Positions 1 through 10,906 of a stretch of 64,000 nt of DNA are shown here, in pieces (position 1 is the first letter of the stretch; each line of letters begins with the position of its first letter). The notes under the pieces were generated by a model. The model worked only from the letters and a program-made list of their open reading frames with translations. It ran no database searches and had not been told where the DNA came from. The stretch spans positions 1 through 64,000 of IMG/VR virus record IMGVR_UViG_3300049893_002454. The stretch is one strand, 5' to 3'. The translations under genes and the position numbers were made by a program. This DNA is from a virus.

Positions 1-2145
1 AATACTGGGTTGAAGGTAAGAGACATCGTACTGACGGACCTGTTATAGAGTATGCTAATGGAACTAAGGAATACTGGGTTGAAGATAAGAGACATCGTAC
101 TGATGGTCCTGCTATAGAACGTGCTGATGGAACTAAGGAATACTGGGCTGAAGGCAAATTACACCGTACTGATGGTCCTGCTATAGAACGTGCTGATGGA
201 ACTAAGGAATACTGGGCTGAAGGCAAGCTCCTACGTAGAGAATACCGGGTTGAAGGTAAGAGACACCGGACTGATGGTCCCGCTGTAGAGTATGCTGATG
301 GAACTAATGAATACTGGGTTAGAGGTAGGTTCCTACATAGAGAATACTGGGTTGAAGGTAAGAGACACCGGACTGATGGTCCCGCTGTAGAGTATGCTGA
401 TGGCTCTAAGGAATACTGGGTTGAAGATAAGTTCCTACGCAGAGAATACCGGGTTAAAGATAAATTACACCGTACTGATGGCCCTGCTATAGAACGTGCT
501 GATGGAACTAAGGAATACTGGGTTGAAGGTAAATTGCATCGTACTGATGGTCCTGCTGTAGAGCATGCTGATGGTAGAAAAGAATACTGGGCTGAAGGTA
601 AATTGCATCGTACTGGGGGTCCTGCTATAGAACGTGTTGATGGAACTAAAGAATACTGGATTGAAGGCAAGTTCCTACGTAGAGAATACCGGGTTAAAGA
701 TAAATTACACCGTACTGATGGACCTGCTATAGAGTATGCTGATGGAACTAAGGAATACTGTATTGAAGGTAAATTACACCGTACTGATGGTCCTGCCAGA
801 GAGTATGCTGATGGTACTAAGGAATACTGGGTTGAAGGTAGGAGACACCAGACTAATGGTCCCGCTGTAGAGCATGCCAATGGAACTAATGAGTACTGGG
901 TTGTAGGCAAGTTCCTACGTAGAGAATACTGGGTTGAAGGTAAGAGACATCGGACTAATGGTCCCGCTGTAGAGCATGCTGATGGTACTAAGGAATACTG
1001 GTTTGAAGATAAGTTCCTACGCAGAGAGTACTGGGTTGAAGGTAAGAGGCATCGTACCAATGGACCTGCTACAGAGTATGCTAATGGTAGAAAAGAATAC
1101 TGGGTTGAAGACAAATTACACCGTACTGATGGCCCTGCTATAGAACGTGCTGATGGAACTAAGGAATACTGGGTTGAAGGTAAAAGACATCGTACTGATA
1201 GTCCTGCTATAGAGTGGGTTGATGGAACTAAGGAATACTGGGTTGAAGGTAAGTTCCTACGTAGAGAATACTGTGTTGAAGGTAATAGACATCGTACTGG
1301 GGGTCCTGCTATAGAGTATGCTGATGGTTCTAAGGAATACTGGGTTGAAGGTAAATTGCATCGTACTGATGGACCTGCTATAGAGTATGTTAGTGGTTAT
1401 AAGGAATACCGGGTTGAAGGTAAAAGACATCGCACTGGGGGTCCTGCTATAGAGTATGCTGATGGTACTAAGGAATACTGGGTTGAAGGTAAATTACACC
1501 GTACTGATGGACCTGCTATAGAGTATGCTGCTGGCACTAAGGAATACTGGGTTGAAGGTAAGTTCCTATGCAGAGAATACTGGGTTGAAGGTAAAAGACA
1601 TAGTACTAATGGTCCCGCTATAGAGTATGCTGATGGTAGTAAGCAATACTGGGTTGAAGGTAAGAGGCATCGTACCAATGGACCTGCTACAGAGTGTGCT
1701 AATGGTAGAAAAGAATACTGGGTTGAAGGTGAGTTACACCGTACTGACGGACCTGCTATAGAGTGGGATAATGGTACTAAGGAATACTGGGTTGAAGATA
1801 AAAGACATCGTACTGATGGTCCTGCTATAGAGTGGACTAATGGTAGAAGAGAATACTGGGCTGAAGGTAAGAGGCATCGTACTAATGGTCCTGCTATAGA
1901 GTATGCTGATGGAACTAAGGAATACTGGTTTGAAGATAAATTGCATCGTACTGATGGTCCTGCTATAGAGTATGCTGATGGTGGTAAGGAATACTGGATT
2001 GAAGGTAGGCAACATCGTACTAATGGTCCTGCTATAGAGTATGCTGATGGTAGTAAGCAATACTGGGTTGAAGGTAAAAAACATCGTACTGACGGTCCTG
2101 CTATGGAGCGGGCTAATGGTTCTAAGGAATACTGGGTTGACGGCG
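1..2145 (+). repeat. Coding tandem repeat: about 27 copies of a 69-bp unit with about 8 interspersed 33-bp short units (FLRREYWVEGK)
   Basis: Counted directly from the sequence and translation. Confidence 0.95.
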
Positions 2146-2405
2146 TAATTACATCACATAATGACCTTCTACCTATAGGTTCAAATAAAGAGTTTGCTGA
2201 TCAACATGATGAACAAATTAGTGATATCAATATTTCCAGTCAAATCGATAAAGTACAAATACCAGATATGACAGATTATTGTAACATTGATGAATTAGGA
2301 TACGCCCCTGTCATCTTCGCATCAGCGGCCTGGGCAATCCTATCGTCATTTTCTAAAAATAAAACAGTGCAAAAATCATCTTATGATAAAAAGGTAGTTA
2401 GATGA
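1..2405 (+). CDS. Tandem-repeat (HRTDGPAIEYADGTKEYWVEGK, MORN-variant-like) protein with C-terminal hydrophobic anchor; 5'-truncated by the window edge
   Basis: Frame 3 is open from base 3 to the stop at 2405, so the TTG at 534 is internal; 23-aa repeats followed by an acidic linker, hydrophobic stretch and basic tail. Confidence 0.85.
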   Translation, partial: YWVEGKRHRTDGPVIEYANGTKEYWVEDKRHRTDGPAIERADGTKEYWAEGKLHRTDGPAIERADGTKEYWAEGKLLRREYRVEGKRHRTDGPAVEYADGTNEYWVRGRFLHREYWVEGKRHRTDGPAVEYADGSKEYWVEDKFLRREYRVKDKLHRTDGPAIERADGTKEYWVEGKLHRTDGPAVEHADGRKEYWAEGKLHRTGGPAIERVDGTKEYWIEGKFLRREYRVKDKLHRTDGPAIEYADGTKEYCIEGKLHRTDGPAREYADGTKEYWVEGRRHQTNGPAVEHANGTNEYWVVGKFLRREYWVEGKRHRTNGPAVEHADGTKEYWFEDKFLRREYWVEGKRHRTNGPATEYANGRKEYWVEDKLHRTDGPAIERADGTKEYWVEGKRHRTDSPAIEWVDGTKEYWVEGKFLRREYCVEGNRHRTGGPAIEYADGSKEYWVEGKLHRTDGPAIEYVSGYKEYRVEGKRHRTGGPAIEYADGTKEYWVEGKLHRTDGPAIEYAAGTKEYWVEGKFLCREYWVEGKRHSTNGPAIEYADGSKQYWVEGKRHRTNGPATECANGRKEYWVEGELHRTDGPAIEWDNGTKEYWVEDKRHRTDGPAIEWTNGRREYWAEGKRHRTNGPAIEYADGTKEYWFEDKLHRTDGPAIEYADGGKEYWIEGRQHRTNGPAIEYADGSKQYWVEGKKHRTDGPAMERANGSKEYWVDGVITSHNDLLPIGSNKEFADQHDEQISDINISSQIDKVQIPDMTDYCNIDELGYAPVIFASAAWAILSSFSKNKTVQKSSYDKKVVR

Positions 2406-3535
2406 AGATTAATTTAGTCGGAGCATTCTCAGATTCATCTGGATATGCACAGTTTGCAAGAAGCTGGGCAACAGCGATGCACAGAGCCAATTGGGATGTC
2501 TCCATTGAGCAGATAAGCTTTGAGCATACACATGCTGATCACGGAGCATATGGCGAGATATGCAAGTCTCTGCTATCAAAGCCATGTAAGACCCCGGACA
2601 TAAATATCATTAATATGATACCTAAGGTATATCAATCTTTTATAAAACCAAACTCTATGAATATAGGGTTTACGATGTTTGAGACGTCAAAAATACCGCC
2701 GATATGGGTTCAGCAATGTAACAGAATGGATGCTATCTTAGTCCCCTGTCAATGGAACAAAGAGGTATTTATATCATCAGGTGTAACTGTTCCGGTAGAA
2801 GTGGCCTCTCCAGGCATAGATCCAGCTCTATATCCAGCTAAAAGACAGAAAAATATAGATAATGCAGATTTTAAATTCTACTCTATTTTTCAATGGTCAG
2901 AGAGAAAGAACCCAGCGGCTCTAGTAAGAGCATTTACATCTGCATTTGCGGGGAACACTCATGTGTCACTTACACTAAAGACTTACCTAAAGGACTACTC
3001 TAAAGATGAATTTGAATTTCTGCATAAAGAGATCTTCTCAATAAGAAGCTCCATTGAAAGTAATCTATCTCATCCAAGAATTATTATAAAACATGAAAAG
3101 CTCACAGATCAGCAAATAATAAATATGCATATGACCAATGACTGCTTCGTCTTGCCTACAAGAGCTGAGGGATTTGGGCTGCCGTATATAGAGGCTATGA
3201 TGATTGGCAACCCTACAATAGGAACTAGATATTCAGGAAATCTAGAATTTATGAATGATGATAATTCTTATTTAATAGATTATCAGTTGGAGCCAGTATA
3301 TAACATGCGTCATCTTGGAGGATGGTATACTAGTGATATGCGCTGGGCGCAGCCAAATATAGATCAGCTTGCAGATAAAATGATTTATGTATATAATCAT
3401 CAGAAAGAAGCAAGAGCATTAGCCGCCTCGGCACGCTCGGATCTATTACATAGATTAAATTGGGCCAAACAGTTAGAATCCTTTAATACCACCCTGCAAT
3501 CATTGTACAAATCATGGTTAGAGAGGCGGAGATGA
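2402..3535 (+). CDS. GT-B (GT4-like) glycosyltransferase
   Basis: SGYAQ N-terminus, ERKN, EGFGLPYIEAM motif. Confidence 0.85.
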   Translation: MKINLVGAFSDSSGYAQFARSWATAMHRANWDVSIEQISFEHTHADHGAYGEICKSLLSKPCKTPDINIINMIPKVYQSFIKPNSMNIGFTMFETSKIPPIWVQQCNRMDAILVPCQWNKEVFISSGVTVPVEVASPGIDPALYPAKRQKNIDNADFKFYSIFQWSERKNPAALVRAFTSAFAGNTHVSLTLKTYLKDYSKDEFEFLHKEIFSIRSSIESNLSHPRIIIKHEKLTDQQIINMHMTNDCFVLPTRAEGFGLPYIEAMMIGNPTIGTRYSGNLEFMNDDNSYLIDYQLEPVYNMRHLGGWYTSDMRWAQPNIDQLADKMIYVYNHQKEARALAASARSDLLHRLNWAKQLESFNTTLQSLYKSWLERRR

Positions 3536-4503
3536 AAAGAGCAATAGTGACTGGTGCGCTAGGACAAGATGCAAGCTTTCTTATAGAGTACCTCCTATCA
3601 TTAAACTATAGCGTTATAGGCGTATATAGAAGGGTGAGTTCTGGAAATGAATTCCAGAACTTAAAAGATGCATATGGTCATGAGAACTTGAATTTAATAG
3701 AAGGCGATATATGCGAAGCCGGGTTTATAAATTATCTTTTTAAAGAGACGAAGGCCCATGAGATTTATGGGTTGGCGGCACAATCGCATGTAGGCCACTC
3801 ATTTGCTATTCCAGCGACAACATTTCGCACAAATGCGGAAGCTGTCATCACTCAGCTGGAGGCGATCCGGCAATTTTCGCCGGAATCAAGATTCTATAAT
3901 GCAGCGACATCGGAGATGTTTGGCGGTATAGACTGTCCACATGAAGGATTTGATGAGAAAGCGCCATTAAATCCACGCAGCCCATATGCAATCGCTAAGG
4001 TAGCAGCATTCCATACTACAAAGAATTATAGAGAGTCGTACGGACTGCATGTAAGTAGCGGAATATTATTCAATCATTCATCTATACGCAGAGGCTATGA
4101 TTTCGCAACGCGTAAAATAACTCGCGGTATAGCAAACATAGTAGCTGGACATGAAACTAAAATATCCATGGGTCATCTGGGGGCATTTCGCGACGAAGGT
4201 CACAGTAAAGACTTCATAAAAGCCATGCATTTAATTGTACAACAGGATAGTCCTGACGACTATGTGGTAGCTACTGGCACAGGCGCGACCATCAAAGAAA
4301 TGCTGGAATATGTATGCTCCTTAGCAAATCTGGATATCAATTCAGTGTATCAGGCAGATGAACGATTTATGCGGCCCAGTGATGTACCTTTTTTAAAAGG
4401 AAATCCTGAGAAAATAAAGAGGTTGGGCTGGACTCCTAATTATACATGGAAAGATCTTTTACAAGAAATGTATGAATTTGATTTGGGTATAGCGAATTTA
4501 TGA
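3532..4503 (+). CDS. gmd: GDP-mannose 4,6-dehydratase
   Basis: TGALGQDASFL, LAAQSHVGHSF, PRSPYAIAK, GILFNH, TRKIT; ATG at 3532 overlaps the upstream TGA. Confidence 0.92.
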   Translation: MKRAIVTGALGQDASFLIEYLLSLNYSVIGVYRRVSSGNEFQNLKDAYGHENLNLIEGDICEAGFINYLFKETKAHEIYGLAAQSHVGHSFAIPATTFRTNAEAVITQLEAIRQFSPESRFYNAATSEMFGGIDCPHEGFDEKAPLNPRSPYAIAKVAAFHTTKNYRESYGLHVSSGILFNHSSIRRGYDFATRKITRGIANIVAGHETKISMGHLGAFRDEGHSKDFIKAMHLIVQQDSPDDYVVATGTGATIKEMLEYVCSLANLDINSVYQADERFMRPSDVPFLKGNPEKIKRLGWTPNYTWKDLLQEMYEFDLGIANL

Positions 4504-4964
4504 TAAAGTTAAACTTAGGGTGCGGAGCCGAGATACTAGATGAATTCATCAATATAGACTTCATCCACACGGCCGGAGTGAATCTCTTACACGATTTAAA
4601 TAAGCCCCTGCCATTTAAAGATAACTATGCAGATTTCATATTGGCTAGTGACGTTTTAGAACATTTTCCCTCATCAAAGTATTCTAAGATTTTAGCTGAT
4701 TGGGTTAGAGTATTAAAACCAGGTGCGGAAATTCATATAAGAGTTCCTAATATTGAGTTGATTTGCGAAAAGATACACAAGCAACTTTTGCCAGCTAAAG
4801 CTTTAATCGAATTATTATATGGCGGACAAGACAGTCCTGGTAATTTTCATTATAATGGATTCACAAAGCCGCTCCTTATAGATGCAATAAAGTCGGCAGG
4901 ATGTAGAGAAATATGTAGAATATGGGATTCAGATCATAATACAAATGTGGTGGCAAAAAAATGA
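4500..4964 (+). CDS. Class I SAM-dependent methyltransferase
   Basis: KLNLGCG, DVLEH, RVLKPG. Confidence 0.85.
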   Translation: MIKLNLGCGAEILDEFINIDFIHTAGVNLLHDLNKPLPFKDNYADFILASDVLEHFPSSKYSKILADWVRVLKPGAEIHIRVPNIELICEKIHKQLLPAKALIELLYGGQDSPGNFHYNGFTKPLLIDAIKSAGCREICRIWDSDHNTNVVAKK

Positions 4965-5641
4965 AAATAGCCATATCCCTAACTGCTTTCAAACGCCCAG
5001 AGTATCTTACACAAGTTCTTGACTCATTAAAAGTGAATGACATATCTGACTTTACATTATTTATAGGTGTAGAGCCAGTCTCTCCTGATGTAATTAAGAT
5101 TTGCAGATCAGTAGATTTTATAAACAAATCTGTTACAATTAATCATAAAATTCTTGGTGTAAAAGATAATCCATTTCAAACCATGCAGAGGGCATTTAAT
5201 TCTGGGTTTGATATAGTATGGCAGATGGAAGACGATGTTGTAGTATCACCCGATGCTGCCGATCTAGTTAGAGCTTATAGCTCATACGACAATAAGGATG
5301 ATTACCTCTGCCTTAATCTATATAATCCAAGTAGCTGGGATGATCAAGAAACTATATATGCATCAAAAGGCTTCAATGCTCTAAGTATGGCTATAACTAG
5401 AGCTCAGTGGGATAAATATTTCATACCCAATTATCATACAGACAAGCGCGGATGGGATTGGAGTATGATAGGACTGCTTCAGCGCACTCATTTAACTAAT
5501 CTTACGCCGGCACTATCTCGTAGTCATCATATAGGTAGGGAGGGAGGAACTCATTATAGAGCCGATCAGCACGATCATATGTACGTTGGAAATAAATGGA
5601 AACAATCATCGACAAAGAACGAGTTCGTATTTAAAGTATGA
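4961..5641 (+). CDS. GT-A fold glycosyltransferase
   Basis: AFKRPEYL, MEDD, GWDW, SRSHHIG. Confidence 0.7.
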   Translation: MKIAISLTAFKRPEYLTQVLDSLKVNDISDFTLFIGVEPVSPDVIKICRSVDFINKSVTINHKILGVKDNPFQTMQRAFNSGFDIVWQMEDDVVVSPDAADLVRAYSSYDNKDDYLCLNLYNPSSWDDQETIYASKGFNALSMAITRAQWDKYFIPNYHTDKRGWDWSMIGLLQRTHLTNLTPALSRSHHIGREGGTHYRADQHDHMYVGNKWKQSSTKNEFVFKV

Positions 5642-6474
5642 TAAGCTACATTATCCCACATAGAAACAGAGAGTCCTTATTAGAGGCAAATCTCTATACT
5701 CTTTTGTCTCAAACTATGAAAGACTTTGAGGTTATTATTATAGATAATAGCGATGAGCAGCACGTTAGGTCACTTCGTGCGCTTATTACAAAGTTCCGTG
5801 CTAAAAAAATGCAAATTAGGGTTATTCAAGTAGACCCATCAAAGCATGACTGCGCGCACAATAAACAAATATACGGAAATTCATTCAATCCAGCACTATC
5901 TCAGAATATAGGCGCACGCAAAGCCAGAGGTGATATTCTATGTCTCACTAGTCCTGAGGTAATAAATGCGGATACTAATGTAGAGATAGCTAGTACAATA
6001 TTTGCAGATGGTCACAGCAGGTTTATTCTAGGATGGATAGATGAAAGGTCCCTGTCACAAGTGGGCGATCTCAGTAACGGAATAACGTCTTCATCAATAA
6101 AAGCACTGTGTGTAATACCCGGACATGGCGCAATGTGTAGAGACGACAATCCGGCCAGGCCTTGGCTTCCAATTAATTATTTCCTCGGCTTTATCAGAAA
6201 AGATGATTTCAGCAGAATAGGCGGTATGGACGAGCAGTTTATGCGCTCGATAGCATGGGAAGATAATTTCTTTGCTCATTGTTGTGAACAAAACGGGCTC
6301 CGGGCGACGTTTGAACCATCAATAGCAGGCATTCATCTATCTCATTCAAGAGGCTATCAGATTAATCTTGAGAATGATAACAAGGCGCTATGGGAAAAGC
6401 TATGTATTAGTACTAATAGGGCAAATTCAGGACGTGACTGGGGCTCAGAAAAATACATAGTAGGAGAATTCTAA
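5638..6474 (+). CDS. GT2 family glycosyltransferase
   Basis: SYIIPHRNR, EVIIIDN, NIGARKARG, IGGMDEQF..WEDN. Confidence 0.85.
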   Translation: MISYIIPHRNRESLLEANLYTLLSQTMKDFEVIIIDNSDEQHVRSLRALITKFRAKKMQIRVIQVDPSKHDCAHNKQIYGNSFNPALSQNIGARKARGDILCLTSPEVINADTNVEIASTIFADGHSRFILGWIDERSLSQVGDLSNGITSSSIKALCVIPGHGAMCRDDNPARPWLPINYFLGFIRKDDFSRIGGMDEQFMRSIAWEDNFFAHCCEQNGLRATFEPSIAGIHLSHSRGYQINLENDNKALWEKLCISTNRANSGRDWGSEKYIVGEF

Positions 6475-6476
6475 TC

Positions 6477-7550
6477 ATGAAGAGAATTCTTACATGCACT
6501 GGTATTAGACCTGATTTTATTAGGATGTCGGAAATTTTTAAAAAACTCGATACTGAGTTTGATCACATACTTGTACATACCGGACAGCACTACGACGCAA
6601 ATTTATCAGACGTATTCTTTGATGATTTAGATATACGAAAGCCAGATCATAACTTATCAATTGGAGCGCCTGGCAAATCTCATTATGAGCAAGTGGCAGA
6701 CCTATCAGTTAAACTTACCAAGTTATGTACTGAATTATCTCCTGATCTGGTAATTTTTCTCGGTGATTCAAATTCAGTGCTAGCATCCATCCCACTAAAA
6801 AAAGAGGGATTTGCAATCGCACATATTGAAGCTGGAATGAGATCTTACGATACACGTATGCTGGAGGAGATCAATCGCGTAGCATGCGATCATGTATCGG
6901 ATATGTTATTCGTATATCATGAAAATTATAAATACAAGGCGATAAAAGAGAATATCGCAGAAGAGAGCATACATGTTGTTGGAAATACGATAGTAGAGCC
7001 TTTAATGAAGATCGCTGATCTAAATTACAGGCCAACTCCCCAACATATAATACTAGATATACATAGGCCAGAGAATTTTCGATATCATGGTAGAATGCAT
7101 AATATTATTTATTCTGCAAATAAACTATCAGATGATTTTAATCTTCCTATCAAGATGTTAGCCTTTCCAAGAACTGTACAATCAATATCTAAATTTAATA
7201 TAGATCTTGGAAGTATACAAGTTGTACCTTTAAAGGGATATAGGGAGTATGTGAGGTTCCAGCAGGAGAGCCTCTTTGTTTACTCCGACTCCGGATCGGC
7301 TCAAGAGGAGCCTTCTCTATTAGGCAAGCCAGTTATCGTTCCACGCGATTATACAGAGCGTCCAGAGTCATACGAAGCTAACTGTAGCAAGAGAATCGAT
7401 GTCGATTCGGACTCCATGGATTTGGGCATAGAAGAGACGATTAATTGGCTGCGCACCCATGAGTCTGCATTTTGCGGAAATACATCATGGCTTGGAGATG
7501 GAAGTGCATCCCAGAAAATCATAGATATAATTAAAGAAGGTTTATTATGA
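6477..7550 (+). CDS. wecB: UDP-N-acetylglucosamine 2-epimerase
   Basis: GIRPDFI, HTGQHYD, GDSNS, HIEAGMRS, EEINR, DSGSAQEE, TERPE. Confidence 0.92.
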   Translation: MKRILTCTGIRPDFIRMSEIFKKLDTEFDHILVHTGQHYDANLSDVFFDDLDIRKPDHNLSIGAPGKSHYEQVADLSVKLTKLCTELSPDLVIFLGDSNSVLASIPLKKEGFAIAHIEAGMRSYDTRMLEEINRVACDHVSDMLFVYHENYKYKAIKENIAEESIHVVGNTIVEPLMKIADLNYRPTPQHIILDIHRPENFRYHGRMHNIIYSANKLSDDFNLPIKMLAFPRTVQSISKFNIDLGSIQVVPLKGYREYVRFQQESLFVYSDSGSAQEEPSLLGKPVIVPRDYTERPESYEANCSKRIDVDSDSMDLGIEETINWLRTHESAFCGNTSWLGDGSASQKIIDIIKEGLL

Positions 7551-8338
7551 AAATTGTAGGGTTTACTCAGCATAGAAATGAGCTTAGCAAAGGAAATCTG
7601 CATAACTGGCTACGTTGCATGGATATGTGCGAGAAAATATACATATACGATCAGGGTAGCGATGATGGTTCTTTAGAGATACTGCGGGCTCATCCAAAAT
7701 GTGTTCTTATAGAGTCACCGACAAATGATTTTGTGAATGAAAATCGATGTAAGAAAATTCTTTTAGAAAAGCTATTATCTGAACAGCCAGATACAGATTG
7801 GATTCTATGGATGGACTGCGACTACTTACTTAGTAATAACGTATTGAAGGACAATTTTTCAGGCTTCTTCAAACTTATCGAGGATGCAGAGTCAGGTGGT
7901 CACGGGGCCGTCGCATTCGGACACTATAATCTATGGCGATCAGATACATATTACAGAGTCGATGACAATTATCACATATCACATGCTAATGGTAGAATTT
8001 CATTATGGAAAAATAATGGAAATCTAAGGTTTGCTCCTACTGCTGGATTACACCAATCCCCGCAACCTCTAGGTTTAGGAAGTAACGTTAGAGTAAATTG
8101 TGATTTGATTCATAGAGGATTTGCAACAGATTATCAAATTACTACAAAGTATAATATATACAAGAGCTTCGGACAAAGCGGTTGGGATCTAGAAAGATTG
8201 CTTAGTGAAAGAACGTTATCGGTCGAACGATTACCAGATGGCACCTTACCATATTGGTTTGAGCTTACTGACGATATTAATCCCAAGACTAAAAAACCTA
8301 TGATACAGTCATATAAACAGCTGATGGGATTTAAATGA
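7547..8338 (+). CDS. GT2-like glycosyltransferase
   Basis: YDQGSDDGS, WILWMDCD. Confidence 0.75.
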   Translation: MKIVGFTQHRNELSKGNLHNWLRCMDMCEKIYIYDQGSDDGSLEILRAHPKCVLIESPTNDFVNENRCKKILLEKLLSEQPDTDWILWMDCDYLLSNNVLKDNFSGFFKLIEDAESGGHGAVAFGHYNLWRSDTYYRVDDNYHISHANGRISLWKNNGNLRFAPTAGLHQSPQPLGLGSNVRVNCDLIHRGFATDYQITTKYNIYKSFGQSGWDLERLLSERTLSVERLPDGTLPYWFELTDDINPKTKKPMIQSYKQLMGFK

Positions 8339-9063
8339 AAACATTAGAAATAATAGCACTAATCTATCGAAGCACACAATATCTTGATTTCATATCAAAA
8401 CAGTTATTATCTGTAAAAAATAATTTATATGGTTTTGATATTAGTACAAGAATAGTTGCCAATAATCCAACCAGAGAAGTAATTGAAGCACTAAAGTCGT
8501 GCACTCATAACTATGACATATATTTAGATCCAATACCAGATGACTATTATATGAATAGAGTATATAGGTGCTGGAATTATGCTGGCAGTTCATCTAAGGC
8601 CGATATCATATGTTTTGTTAATTCCGATATGGCCTTTTCTAACAATTGGCTGGAAAATCTTTTAAAGCATCATGATGGGCAAAATATCGTATGCTCTCGG
8701 CTAATTGAGAGTGGGAAAATGCCTAGTGGCAGACATGGCGTTAGTATGAATTTCGGCAAGCATCCAAAATCATTCAAACCAGATGAATGGAATGAGTTTG
8801 CTGCTAAAATAGCTAAGGACGAACTTCATTCGGGCGGTCTCTATATGCCAGTATTATTCAACACTAGCAGATTCATAGAGTCAGGTATGTATCCGGAAGG
8901 AAATATATATGTAGGAGGAATTGGGGCATACACAACACCGTTTTTAAGATCTGGAGATGAATATTTCTTTAATGATATTCTTGGTAAAAAATACGGAATG
9001 AAGCACGTAACAGCATTCAACTCAGTAGTATATCATATCCAGGAAGGGGAGAAGGACGAGTGA
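8335..9063 (+). CDS. GT2-like glycosyltransferase
   Basis: WNYAG, FVNSDM, GDEYFF, VYH. Confidence 0.7.
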   Translation: MKTLEIIALIYRSTQYLDFISKQLLSVKNNLYGFDISTRIVANNPTREVIEALKSCTHNYDIYLDPIPDDYYMNRVYRCWNYAGSSSKADIICFVNSDMAFSNNWLENLLKHHDGQNIVCSRLIESGKMPSGRHGVSMNFGKHPKSFKPDEWNEFAAKIAKDELHSGGLYMPVLFNTSRFIESGMYPEGNIYVGGIGAYTTPFLRSGDEYFFNDILGKKYGMKHVTAFNSVVYHIQEGEKDE

Positions 9064-9878
9064 GAGTCTCGATCTTACTACCGTATTACAATAGAAAAAG
9101 CTATCTTATATCGACATTAGATAGTTTTGTACATTTCTATAGAGATTTAGATCTAGAAATAATTATTATAGATGATGGCTCTGTCGAGTCGGAGCGACCA
9201 AATGATCTCTATGATAGATATGCCTCAAATGGTCTTGATATTAAGATTAAGAATATTACGAAGGCCTCTATGAACCCCAGTCGCCCATATAATATCGGAG
9301 CCAGACTAGCCACTGGAGATCTATTACTACTGACATCTCCAGAAACAATGCATACATCAAGTCTATACGATATTTGTGATATATCAAGATTTCAAGAGAA
9401 TGACTATTGGTGCCTATCAGTATTTTGCCCTACTGATATCACTATAAATAATATAATGGCTAGTAGTTTAAGCATCACAGATAAGCTATCGCAGATAAAT
9501 AAATATAGAAGCATGATACTAGAAGCACCAGGCGGTTACGGCAGAGCGAGCTTTGCAAATACTGTAGGATCATGGTATCTACATTCTCAATATAGAGATA
9601 CTCGTAGGAATTTTTGCACATTAATACATAAGTCAATGTATAGCAAGATACGTGGTTTCGATGAGCGGTTTGTTGGTTCAGGTTACGATGACGATGAGTT
9701 CCTTCAGAGGCTAGAAGATAAGGTTAGAATAACCTACTTCGATGAGTTCTTAGCTCTTCACGCTAACCATCCTCCGGTATATGGATCTGGAGATCCTATT
9801 TCAAATAGAGGTATATTTGATGCAATTCAGAACGGCTCTCTTCCAAGATGGAGTAATGAAGATTGGGGATTAATATGA
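9060..9878 (+). CDS. GT2 family glycosyltransferase
   Basis: VSILLPYYNR, IIIIDDGS, GFDERFVGSGYDDDEF. Confidence 0.85.
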   Translation: MRVSILLPYYNRKSYLISTLDSFVHFYRDLDLEIIIIDDGSVESERPNDLYDRYASNGLDIKIKNITKASMNPSRPYNIGARLATGDLLLLTSPETMHTSSLYDICDISRFQENDYWCLSVFCPTDITINNIMASSLSITDKLSQINKYRSMILEAPGGYGRASFANTVGSWYLHSQYRDTRRNFCTLIHKSMYSKIRGFDERFVGSGYDDDEFLQRLEDKVRITYFDEFLALHANHPPVYGSGDPISNRGIFDAIQNGSLPRWSNEDWGLI

Positions 9879-10906
9879 AGTTTAGTCTAGGTATGCTATG
9901 CTCATTTGGTATGGGTGGCGCAGATAAGGTAAGCTTAAACTTATTGAGATGCCTTAGGGATAAAAATATTTCATTTAAAATATTCTATACCAATAGCAGC
10001 ATACCTCGTGCCGTTCAGGGATTTCATCCACCCGGCTGGAACCCGCCTTCAAGAGAAGAACAGTTTAAAGAACTAGGTGAGCTCATTTTTATCAATGATG
10101 CAGCGGAAATAAATAAACATGGTATCACAGTTCTCCATACTCACAGGAGCGGAGAGGATGTGAATTTACTTCCATCGTTACAGCATAGTACGAATAATTT
10201 TAAGATTTTAGAGACTAATTTTTTTGGGTCAACAATTACCCGAGCCGATCTTAGAGTTTTTGTCAGCGCCACTATTGCAAGAGGACGATCGCCAGTAATC
10301 CCAAATGCAATCGCAATATCAGAAACATCAGAGGATATGAGAGATGAGCTTGGTCTCGGTAATAAATTCGTATACGGTAAGCTCAGCAGACCGGATAACG
10401 ATATCTACTCTCCTATCAGCCTAGAAGCATACGCTAGAGTAGAAGATGAGAACACAGCATTCCTCTATATAGGTTCAAATCCCAAAGCTATTCAGCTAGC
10501 ACGAGAATTGGGACTTAAATCAGTTATCTTCATGGATCCAATTCTAGACACTAAATCCATTTCACGTGCATATAATACTATGGATTTGTTTTGTCATAGT
10601 AATGGATGTGGAGAGACTTTCGGCAATACTATTGCAGAAGCCTTTATACATAACAGAGCTGTTATATCACATCGCGGCGGTGCAGACCACTGGCCCCAGG
10701 CACATAAAGAATTATTTGGAGATAGAATTGATTTGTATATAGAAGATAGAAGTATAGATTCTTATGCTAATCTAATGAAGAAGATGCGACTTGAGAATGG
10801 CTTTAGGATATCAGCAGCGAAATATCTTAAAGACAGAGCAGAAAAGTTATATAATGCAAATGTAGTTACAGATCAATATATTTCACTATATGAGAGATTG
10901 TCATGA
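9875..10906 (+). CDS. GT-B (GT4-like) glycosyltransferase
   Basis: MGGADKV, GETFGNTIAEA. Confidence 0.8.
   Translation: MKFSLGMLCSFGMGGADKVSLNLLRCLRDKNISFKIFYTNSSIPRAVQGFHPPGWNPPSREEQFKELGELIFINDAAEINKHGITVLHTHRSGEDVNLLPSLQHSTNNFKILETNFFGSTITRADLRVFVSATIARGRSPVIPNAIAISETSEDMRDELGLGNKFVYGKLSRPDNDIYSPISLEAYARVEDENTAFLYIGSNPKAIQLARELGLKSVIFMDPILDTKSISRAYNTMDLFCHSNGCGETFGNTIAEAFIHNRAVISHRGGADHWPQAHKELFGDRIDLYIEDRSIDSYANLMKKMRLENGFRISAAKYLKDRAEKLYNANVVTDQYISLYERLS

Noticed and set aside
534-536. TTG start of the repeat protein
   Set aside because: The frame is open back to the window edge; this is an internal Leu codon.
1-2145. Diversity-generating retroelement target or CRISPR array
   Set aside because: The repeats are contiguous and coding, no reverse transcriptase or separate template repeat is in the window, and variation is not restricted to adenines by eye.
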